Program-made: the position numbers and the translations under genes
Source: Entomortierella parvispora E1425
Taxonomy: Eukaryota; Fungi; Mortierellomycota
DNA length: 64,000 bases
Assembly: GCA_020891255.1 (NCBI GenBank)
Contig: BQFW01000001.1
Coordinates: forward strand, 2,356,001-2,420,000
Direction: 5' to 3'
Notes under the pieces: model-generated
Databases searched by the model: none
Told to the model about the DNA's origin: nothing
Seen by the model: only the letters and a program-made list of their open reading frames with translations
Part shown: one piece after another, positions 13,901-27,969 of the stretch
Numbering within the stretch: the first letter of the stretch is position 1
How the letters are laid out: every line of letters starts with the position of its first letter

Positions 13901-16143
13901 TCCTTGCTTTCATGTTTCTCTTTACTATTATATTCTAACGAGCTCTTCTGTGTTTGCCAACTTGTAGGACTCACACTTGGAACTTGGAATTATCCGCTGC
14001 TTTGAATTTATATCGTCGTTGAGGCGAATGAGCGTCATTGTCAAGAAGCTGCACAGCCCTGGGATGGACATCTACGTGAAAGGAGCACCGGAGGCCATGA
14101 CCGATATCTGCCTGAAAGATTCTCTCCCTAATGATTACAAGGAGCGCCTGTCCTACTACACTCACCACGGATTCCGTGTCATCGCTTGTGCCACCAAGTC
14201 AATGCCTAATCTGAACTTTGTGCGTGCTCAGCGAGTGAAACGTGAACAAGTCGAGTCGGAACTGACCTTCCTTGGATTCATCGTCTTTGAGAACAAGCTA
14301 AAGCCCACAACCGCGCCAGTCATCACCACCCTCAGCAACGCACAAATTCGTCAAGTCATGTGTACTGGCGATAATGTTCTCACTGCCATTAGTGTGTCCA
14401 GGGAGTGCGGTCTGATCGGCAGAACAAAGGATGTGTACGCACCAAGATTTGTCTCTGGTAATTCTACGACCGAGTTCTCAAAGATTATCTGGGAAAACGT
14501 GGAAGATAACCGCAAGATCTTGGATTCTGTCTCGCTAAAGGTAACTTGGTACCACTGGTATCGCGAAATACAGGGTTGAATGTTCTGATTCTAACATTAC
14601 ATTCTCTTTTAGCCAACCACAAACAGTGGAGACATTTCCCGCAACGGTCGCGAATTCCCAGTGTATACCCATTTGATGAACGACTATGTCCTTGCCGTGA
14701 CCGGCGATTGCTTCCGATGGATGGTCGACTACGCACCGACATCGACACTCAACAGGATGCTTGTAAAGGGTCAGATATTTGCAAGAATGTCTCCGGATGA
14801 AAAGCACGAGCTTGTCGAAAACTTGCAAGGAATCGGCTACTGCGTGGGCTTTTGCGGAGATGGCGCCAATGATTGCGGAGCCCTCAAAGCTGCAGATGTG
14901 GGTATTAGTTTGAGTGAGGCAGAGGCATCCGTTGCGGCACCGTTCACGAGCAGATCGAATGATATTGAGTGTGTTGTCAAAGTTATTCAGTAAGTTGACT
15001 ATTGCTGTGATGGGACCATGTTTCTTCTTTTCATGTTCTAGGGACTGAGCTCTTTGTTCTCAATTTTAGGGAGGGACGTGCCGCCTTGGTGACAAGCTTC
15101 AGCTGCTTCAAATACATGGCGCTGTATAGTATCATCCAGTTCACCACAGTGAGCTTCCTTTATACATTCGCATCCAACCTGGGAGACTTCCAGTTCCTGT
15201 ATATCGATCTTGTGCTCATCTTGCCCATTGCCGTACTCATGGGTCGCACCGAAGCCTTCCCAGTCCTGAGTCCAAAACGCCCAACTGCGAATCTGGTCTC
15301 AAAGAAGGTCCTTACCTCTTTGATCGGCCAAATTCTGATCCAGGGCTTCTTCCAGGCGTCCCTATTCTTCATTGTTCGTGCACAACCCTGGTACAAGCCT
15401 CCAAAATACGAGCGAGGAGAGAAGAACATTGAGGGACTGGAGAATACAAGCATGTTTTTCCTCTCGATCTTCCAGTACCTGCTGGTTTCGGTTGTGTTCA
15501 GCGTGGGCCCTCCTTATAGAAAGCCCATGTCCACTAACAGTAAGTTTTGATAGTGCAGGAGGACCTACTTCCATGCAAGATCGTAGGATCCTTACCTTTT
15601 TTTTTTCTTTCTCCTGTATCAATAGGGCCCTTCGTATTTGTGACCTTTGGGCTGGCGATGTTGTCTGCCTCTATTGTCTTGATTCCCAGCGCTGGAATTT
15701 CAAGCTTCTTGCAACTGCTCGCCCTCCCGTTGAGCTTCCGTGTGTTCATTCTCTTCTTGGCAGGGGTGCATCTTTTCTGTGCTTTTACCGCTGAGCATGT
15801 GTTTTTTCCAATCATTGCTTCTTGGATTGGAAAGTTGATTCAGAGCCGCAAGAGATTGTCGACCGTTCAGGCACCACAGCAACAGAGCCAGTGGCAACCT
15901 CTACCCCAGTCGCAGACTCCTGCACATCAAACTTATCGGATAGATGATGATGCAGACGACGATAATGAGGACAATTACGATCGGGGCAGCGGATCAAGGC
16001 CAAGTACTCCACTGATGCACTCGACTGAGGATTCACATAGCAAGGTGTACCCATCTGAACAGCACATCAGACCTGGGACCAAGATTTATAAGATGGTGGA
16101 AGAGGAGATGAACAAGCATAGACACCAACAAGTCATTCAATAG
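10905..16143 (+). CDS. YPK9: P5B-type ATPase (Ypk9/ATP13A2-5 family, polyamine/cation transporter)
   Basis: [13 protein letters not shown] (P5B-specific), phosphorylation motif [32 protein letters not shown]; about 9 exons. Confidence 0.95.
11402..11437. repeat. (GGTTT)n pentanucleotide microsatellite in ATPase intron 1
   Basis: ggtttggttggtttggtttggtttggtttggttgg read directly. Confidence 0.85.
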
Positions 16144-16373
16144 AATAGAAAAAAAAATAGCGTTTGCTGCATCTCATTCACATGCACTTTTCTCCCCTCG
16201 ACAGATATGTCTCCTCTTTGAATTTATATGCAAATACGAAGAAGTCCTCCGGTGTGTGTGTTTATTTTGATGAATATCTCCAACGGAAGATGGTAGGGGG
16301 AAGGGAGTATATAGCTTTTTGGAGTGACAGGCTAGACTCCCTCATGCAAATAAGAAAAAAGGGAGGACTTCTC

Positions 16374-18096
16374 TCACTTTTCCCGAGAAGAGTTAACAGA
16401 GTTGATCTTTGTCAAGGCCGAGCTCGATGCCGAGGCGGGGTAAGCATTGGCACTAGGGGTATTACCCCTCACAGAGCGTGAGTATTGCAATTGAACCGAT
16501 CTTCTTCCGGGATGATCCTGGGGAGAAGGAGAGGCCATGAGGGCATGGATCTGATCCAAGGAAAGAGCTGAAAGCTCTCTGGCCGAAAGGTCGGACTGGG
16601 CCAAAGGATAGTTGTCTTCAGAAAAGATCCAGTCAGATGGAACGGGGGCACGGGTGGCAACCATGGAGGCGACCTCGGCCTGAATGACCTTACAAAAGTC
16701 GTCCAGGGGCAAGTCATTGTAATCATCGTTGAAAGGGTTCTCAATCTCGTACGCGGCCGAGAGGATACCCAATAGCGTAAAAGCCGTCAACATGGTAGCA
16801 ATAACAACGAGAGGGCCCATGGTAGCGACCAACTGGAAAGGCAAGGCAAAAATATAGATCCAGGTGGCGTGATGCAAATGAATCGAGTAAGCCAAAGGAA
16901 TAGGAGTTCTCAAGATTCGCTCAAAGCCTGTGAGACAGTCCAACATGGAGACCAAGTTGTTGTTCATCAGCGTCAATGTGGAGGCATCGACCTTGCCCTT
17001 GGCACCGCAGCTCTTGATGTAGCTTCCGATATAGTACGACAGCTCGACGGGGATGTTGGTAGGCGTCAGGTAATCAAAGGCCAAAGCATGCTCCACCTTG
17101 GATTGACGACGAGCGCGTCCACCCTCACCATAGGTGGTTCCGGGTGCTCCTGTGGAGGAAGAGGCTTGTTGTTGCTGTTGTTGAGGGAACTGAGCCGAGG
17201 TGGGCGACAGGGCATCGAGACTGACGGGAGGGATGTCCATGCGCCAGTCCATGGGCTGGACCGAAGTAGGGAGCGAGTACTTGGGGAGGTGGGTGAGGAG
17301 ATCGACCATGTCATCGTAATCATAGCCGTACTCTTCACGCAGGTAATGTTTGGTGCTGTATGCAAACGCGATCAAGAGGTTGATGGCCGACTTTTTCTCC
17401 AAAAGATCACGCGTCTCGGTTTCGCCCACGCAGACCCAGATCGCGCGCGTCATGTTGCGGATGCAGAGAGTCATCTGGGACCACAAACGACGTCCTTCCC
17501 AATAGCGATCATAGGCTAGTAGTTTGTTTGCAAGGGAGGACCAAATTAACAAACAAAAGGAAAGGCATGCAGATTACCGAGTATTAGTTCAATGGTCAAG
17601 GCGTAAATAAGCATGTGCGCATGCATGGCGGCAACGGCAAAAGGGCATGGTCACACAAAAAAAAAAAAAAAAAAAGATTGAGCTTTCTTGGCGTACCTGT
17701 ATTTGTGCGGAAAACAAGAAGCAATGACACAACCATGCCCATGACAGTGACCAGGTTCTATGAAAAAAAATGAAGAGAATGAAAACGTGAGCAGAAAAGT
17801 CAGGAAAACGCTGTGAGGTCAAACAGAGCGAGGCGCGGTCATCAGTCCCCAAATCACTGGGATTTTTTTGTCCACAAGCGAAATCAAGGACGAGAAAGAA
17901 GGAAGGCAGAAGAAGTATTTACCAGTGTATAGCCCATCTTCCAGCCTGAATACTCGCTGATGCAAAACACTGCACCAGAGTAGACACCCGTAAGGAGAAC
18001 CTGCCACCAGATCTGAGGGATCACAGTGCCCTTGAGTCGCATCATGAGAGGCCAACGCCGACTCACATGGACCGTGGTACCATACTTGCGCACCAT
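16374..18096 (-). CDS. Bestrophin-family (UPF0187/YneE/VCCN-like) anion channel
   Basis: LLVFRTN, AYDRYWEGRRLW, FERILRTPIPLAYSIHL, EIENPF motifs; ATG at 18096 (MVRKYG...). Confidence 0.9.
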
Positions 18097-19519
18097 TTTG
18101 TGGGTATTGGGGTATGTGGTGGGTGGTGAGGCAGTGGGAAAGAGTGTCGATTCAGAAAAAAAAAGGCGAATGGACAAAGAGGAATGAGGTTCAAGAATGA
18201 GACGAATGAGAGAGTACACGCCGTTCCGTTGATGTCGATAAAAAAAGCAAAGGGGAGGAGAGAGTGGCGGAGATAGAGTGATCGAGGAAATGAAATTGAG
18301 CCGCAGGCGGTGGCAAGAGGACACTCAGGGAAATGTGGGTGAAGAGATTGGATATGAATAAAGGGATGGAGTTGCCGCGCGAAGGGGTTGGGAGGAGAGC
18401 GAAGGTGAGTGCCAGCGCGGGAACAGAGTGAAGAAAAGAGAAAGGAAAAGTGAAGAAGAATAAGGCTAATGAACAGGGTCCGGGGGGTTCCAATCCAGGC
18501 ACCGTCTGACAAAGAACTCTTTTTGATTGCAATTGGAAGCGGAGGGTGGGCCTTTTATCGTCTGTTACCAATGAGAGATATATGGGGCACCCACCGACTG
18601 AACTGATAAGTAACGTATTGTAACCATATTGGAGCACTCTTCACTCACACGACCAACGCCGCACCGTCCCTTCGTCCGCGCTCCAGCTCGATCAGCGCCG
18701 ACTGTGGGCTGAAGCCAATCTATTCTGTCGCTGTCTCTGCTGCTGCTGGATTTAAGACCACATCCGAGGAGGAAGGAACGGCATGCCAGTGGCAAGTGAG
18801 CAAACAAGCTCTCTCTTTTTCTCTCCTGACGCTGTTGACAAAGAGCCCCTGTCCAACTGGACCCTCTGCTGTGCTTGAAAAGGAATGAAATTGATCTGAA
18901 AACCAATGGCATGACTTTCTATTTATTGTCTCGGTGGCAAAAAAAATTACTTTAAATATCTCGGGCAAAGGGGGGCAAATGTACCCTGGCTACCGCTCCC
19001 CCCTGTGGAGCGCTAGCGCGCAGTACGTGTACGTGTCTAGGTTGCTCTAGAGCTGGAGTCATCCGTAGCCTTCATCGTTGCCTATCTCGTCGATAAGACA
19101 GCTGCCGAACACAACAAAAGCAAATGGGAAGAGTTGCCATCAATATTGCCATCGTAACGGATGTTTTATTCATTTAGCGCCTTGGACGATGCTGAAAGAC
19201 AGTCTAGGGTTGGACAACGAGCCCTTGGAGCATTGGAACGGTGCAAAGCTCCGAAGAAGGAGAAATATGTTCCTGTCTCACAGCTGCATATCCTATCCTG
19301 GATCCCAGTAATGGAAGGAATTCGCTTCGGCGGCGCAGCTGCCGCCCCATCGCTGCGGTCGTTGGAGGTGCTGCAGCTGAAGTTGCCAGCCATGGGCCCT
19401 GTCGTGGTTGTCGTACCTCTGACGGTAGAGCAGAAAGTCAGCCTCCTCGCGATCTATGAGATACCGGGGGTATGTTACAGCCGACTCCAATGAGGTATAT
19501 ACAGTGCTTGGGACAACTG

Positions 19520-20220
19520 TTAATAAAACATTTTGCTCTTGGGCGCATCTGCATATCGCTCAGATGTCTGGAGGGCGGATGCAACCGTCTTGAACTTTCC
19601 CCGGATCTTGTCCAAGAGAGCAACCACATCATCATCCAACTGGTTCTCACGAGGGAATGAATTGATCAGGTCAAGCAACGAGTTGATCTTTTTCAAAGTT
19701 CTATTCCCAAGATCCAAAACAAAGAGAACAATGGAAAGAACACGGGTTAATGATAGTCCACAATAGAGAGAGAACCCAGAGACTCTTTTTGATTGTGGAC
19801 AAGGGTGGGTCAATCTCGGTTCAGAAAATGACCATGGTCATGCTCTTTTAGGACGTACTTTTCTGTGATTCTATCCTGATCCAGCATGGCCAATGCCTTC
19901 CAAAGCTGAGCACATCCAGCGTAATATCCTACTTCACGGGAGAGTTCAAAGCCCTTCTCGCAGCCCATGACACGCCCTTCAATGGCTCCGTTCCTTCCGC
20001 CAGCTGCCAGACCATCCTCTCGGCCAAATTCAACAAACCTATGAAGTACCAGATGAAGAGGAAGAGAGAGAAAAGAAAGCAACTTTATTAGTGGCGCTGT
20101 TGCGGCTTGGTCAACGCACCGAGCCAGCTCCAATCAAGTGTTGTCCCATTACATGTTCTCCAGATGGATCAAATCATCCAGATCCAGCTCCTTTGGCAAT
20201 TCCTGTGCAGTTTGGGACAT
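19520..20220 (-). CDS. LTO1: Lto1/ORAOV1-like Yae1_N-domain protein (ABCE1 Fe-S maturation adaptor)
   Basis: Spliced: MSQTAQELPKELDLDDLIHLENMFVEFGREDGLAAGGRNGAIEGRVMGCEKGFELSREVGYYAG (deca-GX3 motif)...LLDKIRGKFK. Confidence 0.85.
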
Positions 20221-20453
20221 TGTCAATTCTATGAATGTGGGTGCAGAAGAGGTTGATCAAGGCTAATTCGTTTTGGAGGAGTTCCTTTTTTTTTCTTTTT
20301 TTTCTTGATCGCTGACAAACAGAAAAGGTCACGTGCATCGACGGGCAGCCTGAGCAGGACGCGACTTTATATCTCACTTCTCTCTTCTTTGCATCACCCA
20401 CAAGCAAGCACGGCGTGTCATTGAATCGACTGCACCGACAGAGAGACACCGCA

Positions 20454-23400
20454 ATGCTCTTCGACCCGGGAACGGTCACCCTGCACAGTTCCTCGGGGGA
20501 AGGCGCCGAGACGCGTGGCTACCTCCACATGCTCGACCTGACGAAGATCAATCGCATGCTACGGCCCATCAAGGCAAAGATCTCGGCCATCCAGCTGGAC
20601 ATTCGAACCCATCCATCCCTCGGCTTTGCACTGGAAAGTAGCGTGTCCGAAACAAAGGCCTCGGAAGAACGTACTCTCCGCAGTCGTGCACAGTCAGCTC
20701 ACCATAGCACGAATACTCGCGGACAATCTATCAGTTCGTCCACATGCTCTGGAACAGGCGTAGGCGCAGGATCCTCAGTCACAGTCTCGGCATCCAGCGC
20801 CAATGCCGCCACGGATGTCCTCGTCAAACGATTTCAGGGTTCGCTTACAGATCAGTTTCAGGATGTCGTTGAAAAAGTGTGGTGGCGTCCGTTTTGCGAC
20901 GACTATCATTTGGCTCCTAATTGCTCAGCGATGTCAGTACGGGAGATGGGACTCAAGCCGAGATCGAACACGCTTGGCATCATGAGCGCATTTGCCGTTG
21001 GTCGAGTTATTGCTGGCCTTTCTGAAGACGAAGCAGATATCGCGGAGAAATATTACCATATCATGCCTGCTCACATGCGAAGGTATTAATTACAACCTGA
21101 TAACAACCTGATAACAACATAACAGCAGCTTTCTGAATTGTCACGCAGCACCAGCTGACCTTCCCTGTCATCCATGTATAGATTTGCAGTGCTGGAACAT
21201 CTTGTAGATATGTGCTTGACCCAGATACGCATTGGCCAGCTAATTGTTCCGCTCGCTTTAATTTGCGCTCGAAGGAGAGCAGACACACAGGTAGTGTTTT
21301 CGCCCGACTAATCGTGGTATAACTATATGCTAGAATGCTTACGTTGACGCCTTTTTATTGTTGCCTCATTACCAGACCATGCGTTTACTGCGACATCTTC
21401 TCGAATGTCAGAATCAGTCATACCAAGTGAATCTCCCCTGGGCTTACAATATGGCGCAGATGGTAGAAAGCGGCGACGTATGGATGAACAGCCTGATACA
21501 GTATAGCCCGCGACAGATCTTCAGCGGCCACTTTCAGAAATTCATTGCCATGATTGAGCCACGCCATAGGGCGATCATAATCCGGCTGGCCTTCGACGCC
21601 CAATTGGACGACGCCACGATGATATCTGAGCGTACCAAGCAGACGAGACTGCACAGCTGGTCGGTGCTCTTAATCAAGGATTCACTCCAGTGTCATGAAT
21701 CAGCGGAAAGCAACTATTCACCTCAATCTGCGGCACACAATCCTTGCGATGAGACACTGGAATACTTTGCAAAACGACTTCTCAGCATGGCAAATAATCC
21801 GCCAGAGGATATTTCTTTCAGCAGCTCTGAGGTGGAAGCTCTGGCTCTCGGGCCAGCATTACATTCGCTGTATGTTGCCGCAACGCGCCCGCCATGCCCA
21901 CATCATGACGCAGCTGTCGATGAGTGGATCCAACTGTTGGACACACGTGCAATGAGCAGTGTTCGGCTCAGCGACTTTGAGACTATATCTCGATCTTATG
22001 GTACTCTGCCGAATCTAAATGCACTGGCAGTGCTTCTGGATGGCCTGGGATTGTATGCTCTTTCGATGAAACTCTTAAACAGAATGTTGAACAACTTTGC
22101 ATACCTGGAGAGAAACTCTGGAAACCAGGACGGAAACCCTTATCGAGTTACCCGTAGGGGTTTAGAAGACCATTTACAAGAGGTGGAGGGGCGGCGAAGG
22201 AACCATGCTTCCAACGATGGCTGGTAAGATCATACTGCCATACATTCCAAGAGCACTATTGACTCGGTTGATAATTATAACTAATATTTTATCGTTTAGG
22301 TCCTATGACGGTATGTTGGGCGATTGGGTACAGCGAACGCCAGATTCCAAGAAAACGCGTCGCCTCAGGATGGACAGCGATGATGACTTTGTTCCAGCCC
22401 CGCGTCATGCCCCAAAAGTGTTTGACTTTGACGACAACCCATTTGACGCCGGCTCGTCATCGCAGGAAGACCGTTCAATTCCAAATGTTCGCCGTAAAGA
22501 CGGTTCTTCTGACTCTGCTGGACGATATCAGTTCAGGGACAAACCCGCTATTGGAGCTCGAAAGTTCTCACGGTTCTCACTGACGCCAATGGCGAGACGT
22601 ACATCATATGCTGTTGGTGGTGAACAAAGCGACTATCTACCCTCGGAATCTGATGCCGATGATAATGGGGACACTGAATTTGGATTCGATCCTGCCAGTC
22701 CGCCCGCTGACTTTTCATTTGCAGGGCTATCCATATCGACTCCGCTTTCTTCTCGGTCATCCCCATCGGTAGATGGAGATAACTATTCTGCAATCTCACA
22801 GGACAGTGAAGGGTCTTTGCCCGGAGAAGAGTCGTCGGGATCAGAGGACATCCGCGAAAGGCCCCGCCACGCGAGCAACCAGACACCAAAGATGATGGTC
22901 ATATCAGATCTTGAGGAAGGACACAGCAGCGACGACTATGTTGGCACTCAGAGGATCCACCATACTGATCATGTGGATTACAGCGATCAAGATGCAGAGG
23001 ACGAGGAGGAGGAGGAGAAGGGGGAGGAAGAGGAAGAGGAAGAGGAAGAGGAGGAAGAAGAAGTTGGCGAGGAGAGTGCGCCGTTTGCAACAAGCGACTC
23101 GGATCCTGAATATGTTCCATCACAGAAATGGAAATCACCTTTGGTCTCTGTTCCTCCCTCAATTTCCTACAGAGAGTTTGTCACCTCGGTGGAGATGCCA
23201 GCGATGATCCGCCGCCTCAGTTTCTCAGCCGGTCCTTCCACATTTGCGGAGGCAATATCTTCAGGTGACGAATACGTCTATATCCCAAGAGATAATGATG
23301 GCGAACACGATGGCCGTGACCATAGTTCGGAAGATGATAACACCAAACCTGAACCAGCAGCTTGTCTAGAGTCGGATTCAGTCGCTGACTCAAGATCGTC

Positions 23401-24238
23401 TTCTCCCTCACGACGCCAACCTCCTTCTAAGGGCTTCTACCGCGGACTGAGGAGCAAGAGGCCCGACTCAAACGTTTGCGCGGTTTCTGAGGGCGATAGT
23501 TCTTCCGACGAGTATAAGCCACGCTCCAGAAACGTCGCGTCCAAAGCACCAAAAAGAAGGACATTGGTCTCTAGACGCAGCCATAGCTCCTCTGAAGATG
23601 ACTCGACCTATGAACCCACCATAACTGCTCGACGACGCCTGAAAAGACAGCCTACTGGCATCAGAGTCGAGAATAACCTACCCGACCTTGAAGATACATC
23701 CCAACCCTTGACAAGAGCCAGGCACCAAAAGACAAAGCAAATTTCATCTCAATCTAATGGCCGAATCCGTACTACCGCTGGCTCGACCGTAAAGAGTTTG
23801 CGTTCAAACACCAAACCATCCATGTCTGGACGCAAGGAATACACCACACCTACCCCGTCTAGTGGAGAAGATACTGGCCTTCGCCTACCAAAACGCACTA
23901 CAAGCGTTAGAAACCAGCGGCTGTACATATCAGAGGATGAAGAAGTCGATGGCATTGATGGCTCTGGGAGTGCCCATCGTCCATTTTGCCAGTCTCCTAG
24001 CCCGCCACATTTACACGAAGTTGCTCGCCATTCCGCACCTTTGCATTCAAAAGTTACTCACCGTGTGCAGAAAAAACGCAGCGCAGCTGTCAATGATGAC
24101 TCTTCCGAGTATGACCCAAGTCCATATCCTTCAAAACGTACTACAAAACGCGCCAAGATACAGGAGAGGCTCCAAACTCGAGTATACGACAGTGAAGATT
24201 CCTGTATTGTCATCTCTGACGATGAGTCTGACACATGA
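20454..24238 (+). CDS. Hypothetical protein: helical N-terminal region plus long acidic/Ser-rich disordered C-terminus
   Basis: Three long same-strand ORFs (20454-21089, 21358-22227, 22205-24238) joined by plausible GT-AG introns; no family recognised. Confidence 0.7.
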
Positions 24239-24563
24239 GAAGCCTGACGCAGCTGCGATGACATTCACAAAGGCAACAACAGCTATGAATTAGTTGAAGA
24301 GTCTGTTGGATCCAATGACGATGCCGTCAGTGTCTAGAGCAGTGCACTGGTAGTGCGTTTTCTTCCAGCCTTGCGCTGGCCGTTCACTTTCCAGCCAATG
24401 AGCTGAGTTTGTCTGTACAATATTATCCCCTCTCACGATGTACCATCAATGTATAACCATCCCCATCCATCCTACCTCATTCCTACCTCATTCGTTATGA
24501 TCGTATGCCATTTGGATTTAATAAAAAAAAATGTTTGATAGGAAGGAAGACAGTATGTATTGT

Positions 24564-27500
24564 CTAATTCAAAATGAATGGTCCTGACAAATGCGACTCA
24601 AAGTCCTGGTCGTTCTCAGGGTTACCGAAATGCTTCAGCAAAGAGATACGGAGACGGTACCTTTGACCACTGGCTCCCTCCAAAGCTGTGGCCGTCGTGC
24701 CATCCTCCTTGAGCAATTGTCCATCCCAGCCCATGACCTGGAAGGCATTGCCCTCCAATTGGTCGTTTCTGGGTACATAGCGAGCCACACCGTTCTTGAG
24801 AACACCGTAACTCTGGACTTGATAGGGATCATCGCCCTCATCGGAGACCAGATCGAGAACCAAGATCTCTGCACCAGTGATCATTCTAAAGACGACCTTC
24901 ATGCTGTTGGGCTGTGATCGGGGGCGACCATCTGCAGTGGGATCAGGCTCGCCCGTTGGGGTATCAAGACCATGAGTTGGGTCGGCATTGATCTCGTTGT
25001 TGATAGACCCAGCCTTGTCCACAACTCCATCGACTCCAACATGAGGAGGACCACGGGCTTCAGAGCTGTTAGAGCGAAGGGGTCGACCGCGGCTATCGAA
25101 GATACGGACTCCAAAGGAAGTGTCCAGAATCCGGACTGTTTTGAAATCACCTTGCATGCCCATGTAAGGGACATGCACCACAGGAGTCTTGGGAGTGACC
25201 TTCTGGGGAGTGAAGCGGACGTATCCAGAGTAGATGATATAGTCGGCAGGGTTTGTCTTGGGGCCATGGAAGGTAAGATCGACATCAGTGGTCGAACCAG
25301 GAGCGACTTTGACAACCCTCTGGGAGTACTTGACAGAGACCTTGGCCTCCACGGCTTTGGGGTTCTTATCAACCATCTTGTTCGAGTCAAAGGGCTTGAG
25401 TCCAGCGGCAGGTATCACGTCAATCTTGTACTGAAGAGGGGTCTGACCGTTGTTGGTGATGGTGAACTTTTGGTTCGCGTTCATGAACATGGTGTCGTTC
25501 AAGGAGATGCGGGAAGGACTGATCTGAGCTTGGGTTGAGAGAGCGTCCATGAGGTTCAGCAAACCAGCGCCTTGCTGGGTCACGGAAGCGTAGCCCTTGA
25601 ATCCCTTTTGCTGCTTGCGAGGCTGGCCCGAGTTCTGGAAAGCCGCCTTGACGGCGTCTGCAGAGTGGTCAGCATTGGGGAGCCCATCAAGGTAAAGGGC
25701 AACACATCCAACAATGTAGGGTGTCGCCATGGACGTGCCTGACAAAGAAGCGTAGGAGCCAAGCTGTACATGGAATAAGTGGCAAAGCGACCATCAGTCA
25801 TTCAAAATCAATAATAAAAAAAAAAAAAAAAAAAGACGTTCAAAGGACGCTGGCTTCGCGTGTTTACCTTGACGGGGAATGTAGACCAGATCTGACCACC
25901 AGGTGCGGCGATGTCTGGCTTGGAGTTCAACTCAGAATCGGGCCCCATGGATGAGAAAACAGAGAGGAATCCACCATTGGGATTGTAGACTTTCTTGGGT
26001 CCATCTCCAGGAAGAAGCCTTATACCCTCCTTCTCTTTCTTTTCCTTGGCAATGGTCTTGAGCAAGTACTCTCCATCGTCTCTGGTAATGGTACGAACCT
26101 TGATCATGGATCCCTCTGTATCAGCAGAGAATCCCTCAGATTCAACATTGTCCATAATAATGGCAGCAGCGGCGTTCGCCAGGGCGGCGTTCGCTAGCTT
26201 GATCCTGAACGTGCATCCACCACGACGGATGAGGGCGATCTTACCCTTCAAGTCCTTGGAAATGGTCTTGCAAGCATCGTCTGGAATTTGAGAAGAGGTA
26301 CCTGGCGCAATCTGGACAAGGGTTGTATTTGCCAAGTCCATACTCACATCACCTACAAACAGGATAGGACGAGCTTGACTGTCGCTTCCAGGCTCATTTG
26401 CATCTTGTTCTGAAGAGTAGCTCGCGTATTCACCATCTTCACTGACGTCCTCGTTCTTGAGCGCTGTCTGATCAATAGTGAAGTAAAGGTTGCTTCGGAA
26501 CTCGTTTTCAGTCGATGCCACAGTGATCAAGGACCCGGCCACACCTGGAGAAGACGATTCAAAGAGACCCATCTGACCCTCGTTACCCATTGCTGCAACA
26601 ATGAGAGTACCATTCTTGGCAAGTTCATCTGCCAGTCGGGCTTCGCGATCTTGGCGCCATCCACCTGGACCACCCAGAGAAAGATTGATGACCTGCATGC
26701 CGTCTGATGCAGCGCGAATAAGGGCTTTCATAATCAAGTCGTTACTGGTGCCACCTTTGCAACCAAAAACTCTGTAGGCGCCCAAAGTCGCTATGATCAA
26801 GGGGTATACAAGCACGAATAATTGAATGAGCACTTGCACTTCTCAACTCCCTTTCTTCTTCACTCTTGCTTATTGACGATGAGGCGGGTTGGTTTCTTAC
26901 CTTGAGGCGCGATACCAATGAAGCTGGTATCGTTAGCAGCAATAATACCAGCAACGTGTGTTCCGTGGCCATCGCAGTCAGACTTGGGATCGTCATCTGG
27001 ACTCTGGCCATCATCGCCGACAAAATCTGTGCCGTATGCGACCTTGCAACCTGGCCCAAAACAACCTCCGAGAGCGGGGTGCTACAGGTGGCGAAGGGAT
27101 TTATTTCAGTGGTGGTTAGTGTAGGTTCGTTGCATCAAACCCATGTCGATGTCGCATTGAGAGATACGTACAGTGTAGTCGACTCCAGAGTCAATAATAC
27201 CAATCTTGATACCGTTTCCGAAGACCTTGAGGGACTCGTGAACCTCCTTGACTCCAGTAAAGTCGTGGCTATCCACATAGAAAAACAGAATCCCGCATCG
27301 TCGAGTCGCTTAGTGATGTCTTTTCAGACACTGTGTGTTTCTAGTTACAACCAAGAGGTGGCTCACTTACACAGGGTACTTTTTCTCTCTTGATCCGCCC
27401 TTGGCGATTGCCTGGATTGTCTGATACACCTCCGGCCTATCGTGCATCACCTGCGTTGTGAAATCAAAACAATAAAAAAAAAGAGAGACGTGAGTACACA

Positions 27501-27969
27501 TCTTAATGGGCAAAGAGTGTGAAGGCCAACACGCCAGACATTTGCTTACCACAGGCTCGACCATTTTGATTCCCTCAATACGATCCAAGATGTCCTTCAA
27601 GGCAGACTCATCCTTGACATCCACGGTCACTGCATTCAATTGACCCCAGAACTCGTGTCGAAGAGTGATACCGGGATGCTCGGTTACTAGTTTAGAAAAA
27701 GCCTCGTGTTGAACGAATTGCTCATGGAAATCTATCCAGTAAGCATGCAACAATGCATTCTCGACCAAGTCTGTTGATCGAATAATGGGATCCTGAAATT
27801 GGGGTTTGTGATGTTTGTACCCGCCTACGGTCGAGCCACCATCAGAAATGACTTTGATTCGCTCCAGAACCTGGGCGAGTCGCTGAGAGTAAACAACAGT
27901 GTTTGAGGCTTGTGACAGGAAGAGGAGAGTCGCAACTGTTGTGGAGAGGATGAAGGAGGGCAACCTCAT
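24564..27969 (-). CDS. Secreted subtilisin-like S8 peptidase with prodomain, PA and Fn3-like (Fn3_5) domains
   Basis: Signal peptide; catalytic triad motifs [18 protein letters not shown]; PA insert [13 protein letters not shown]. Confidence 0.93.
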
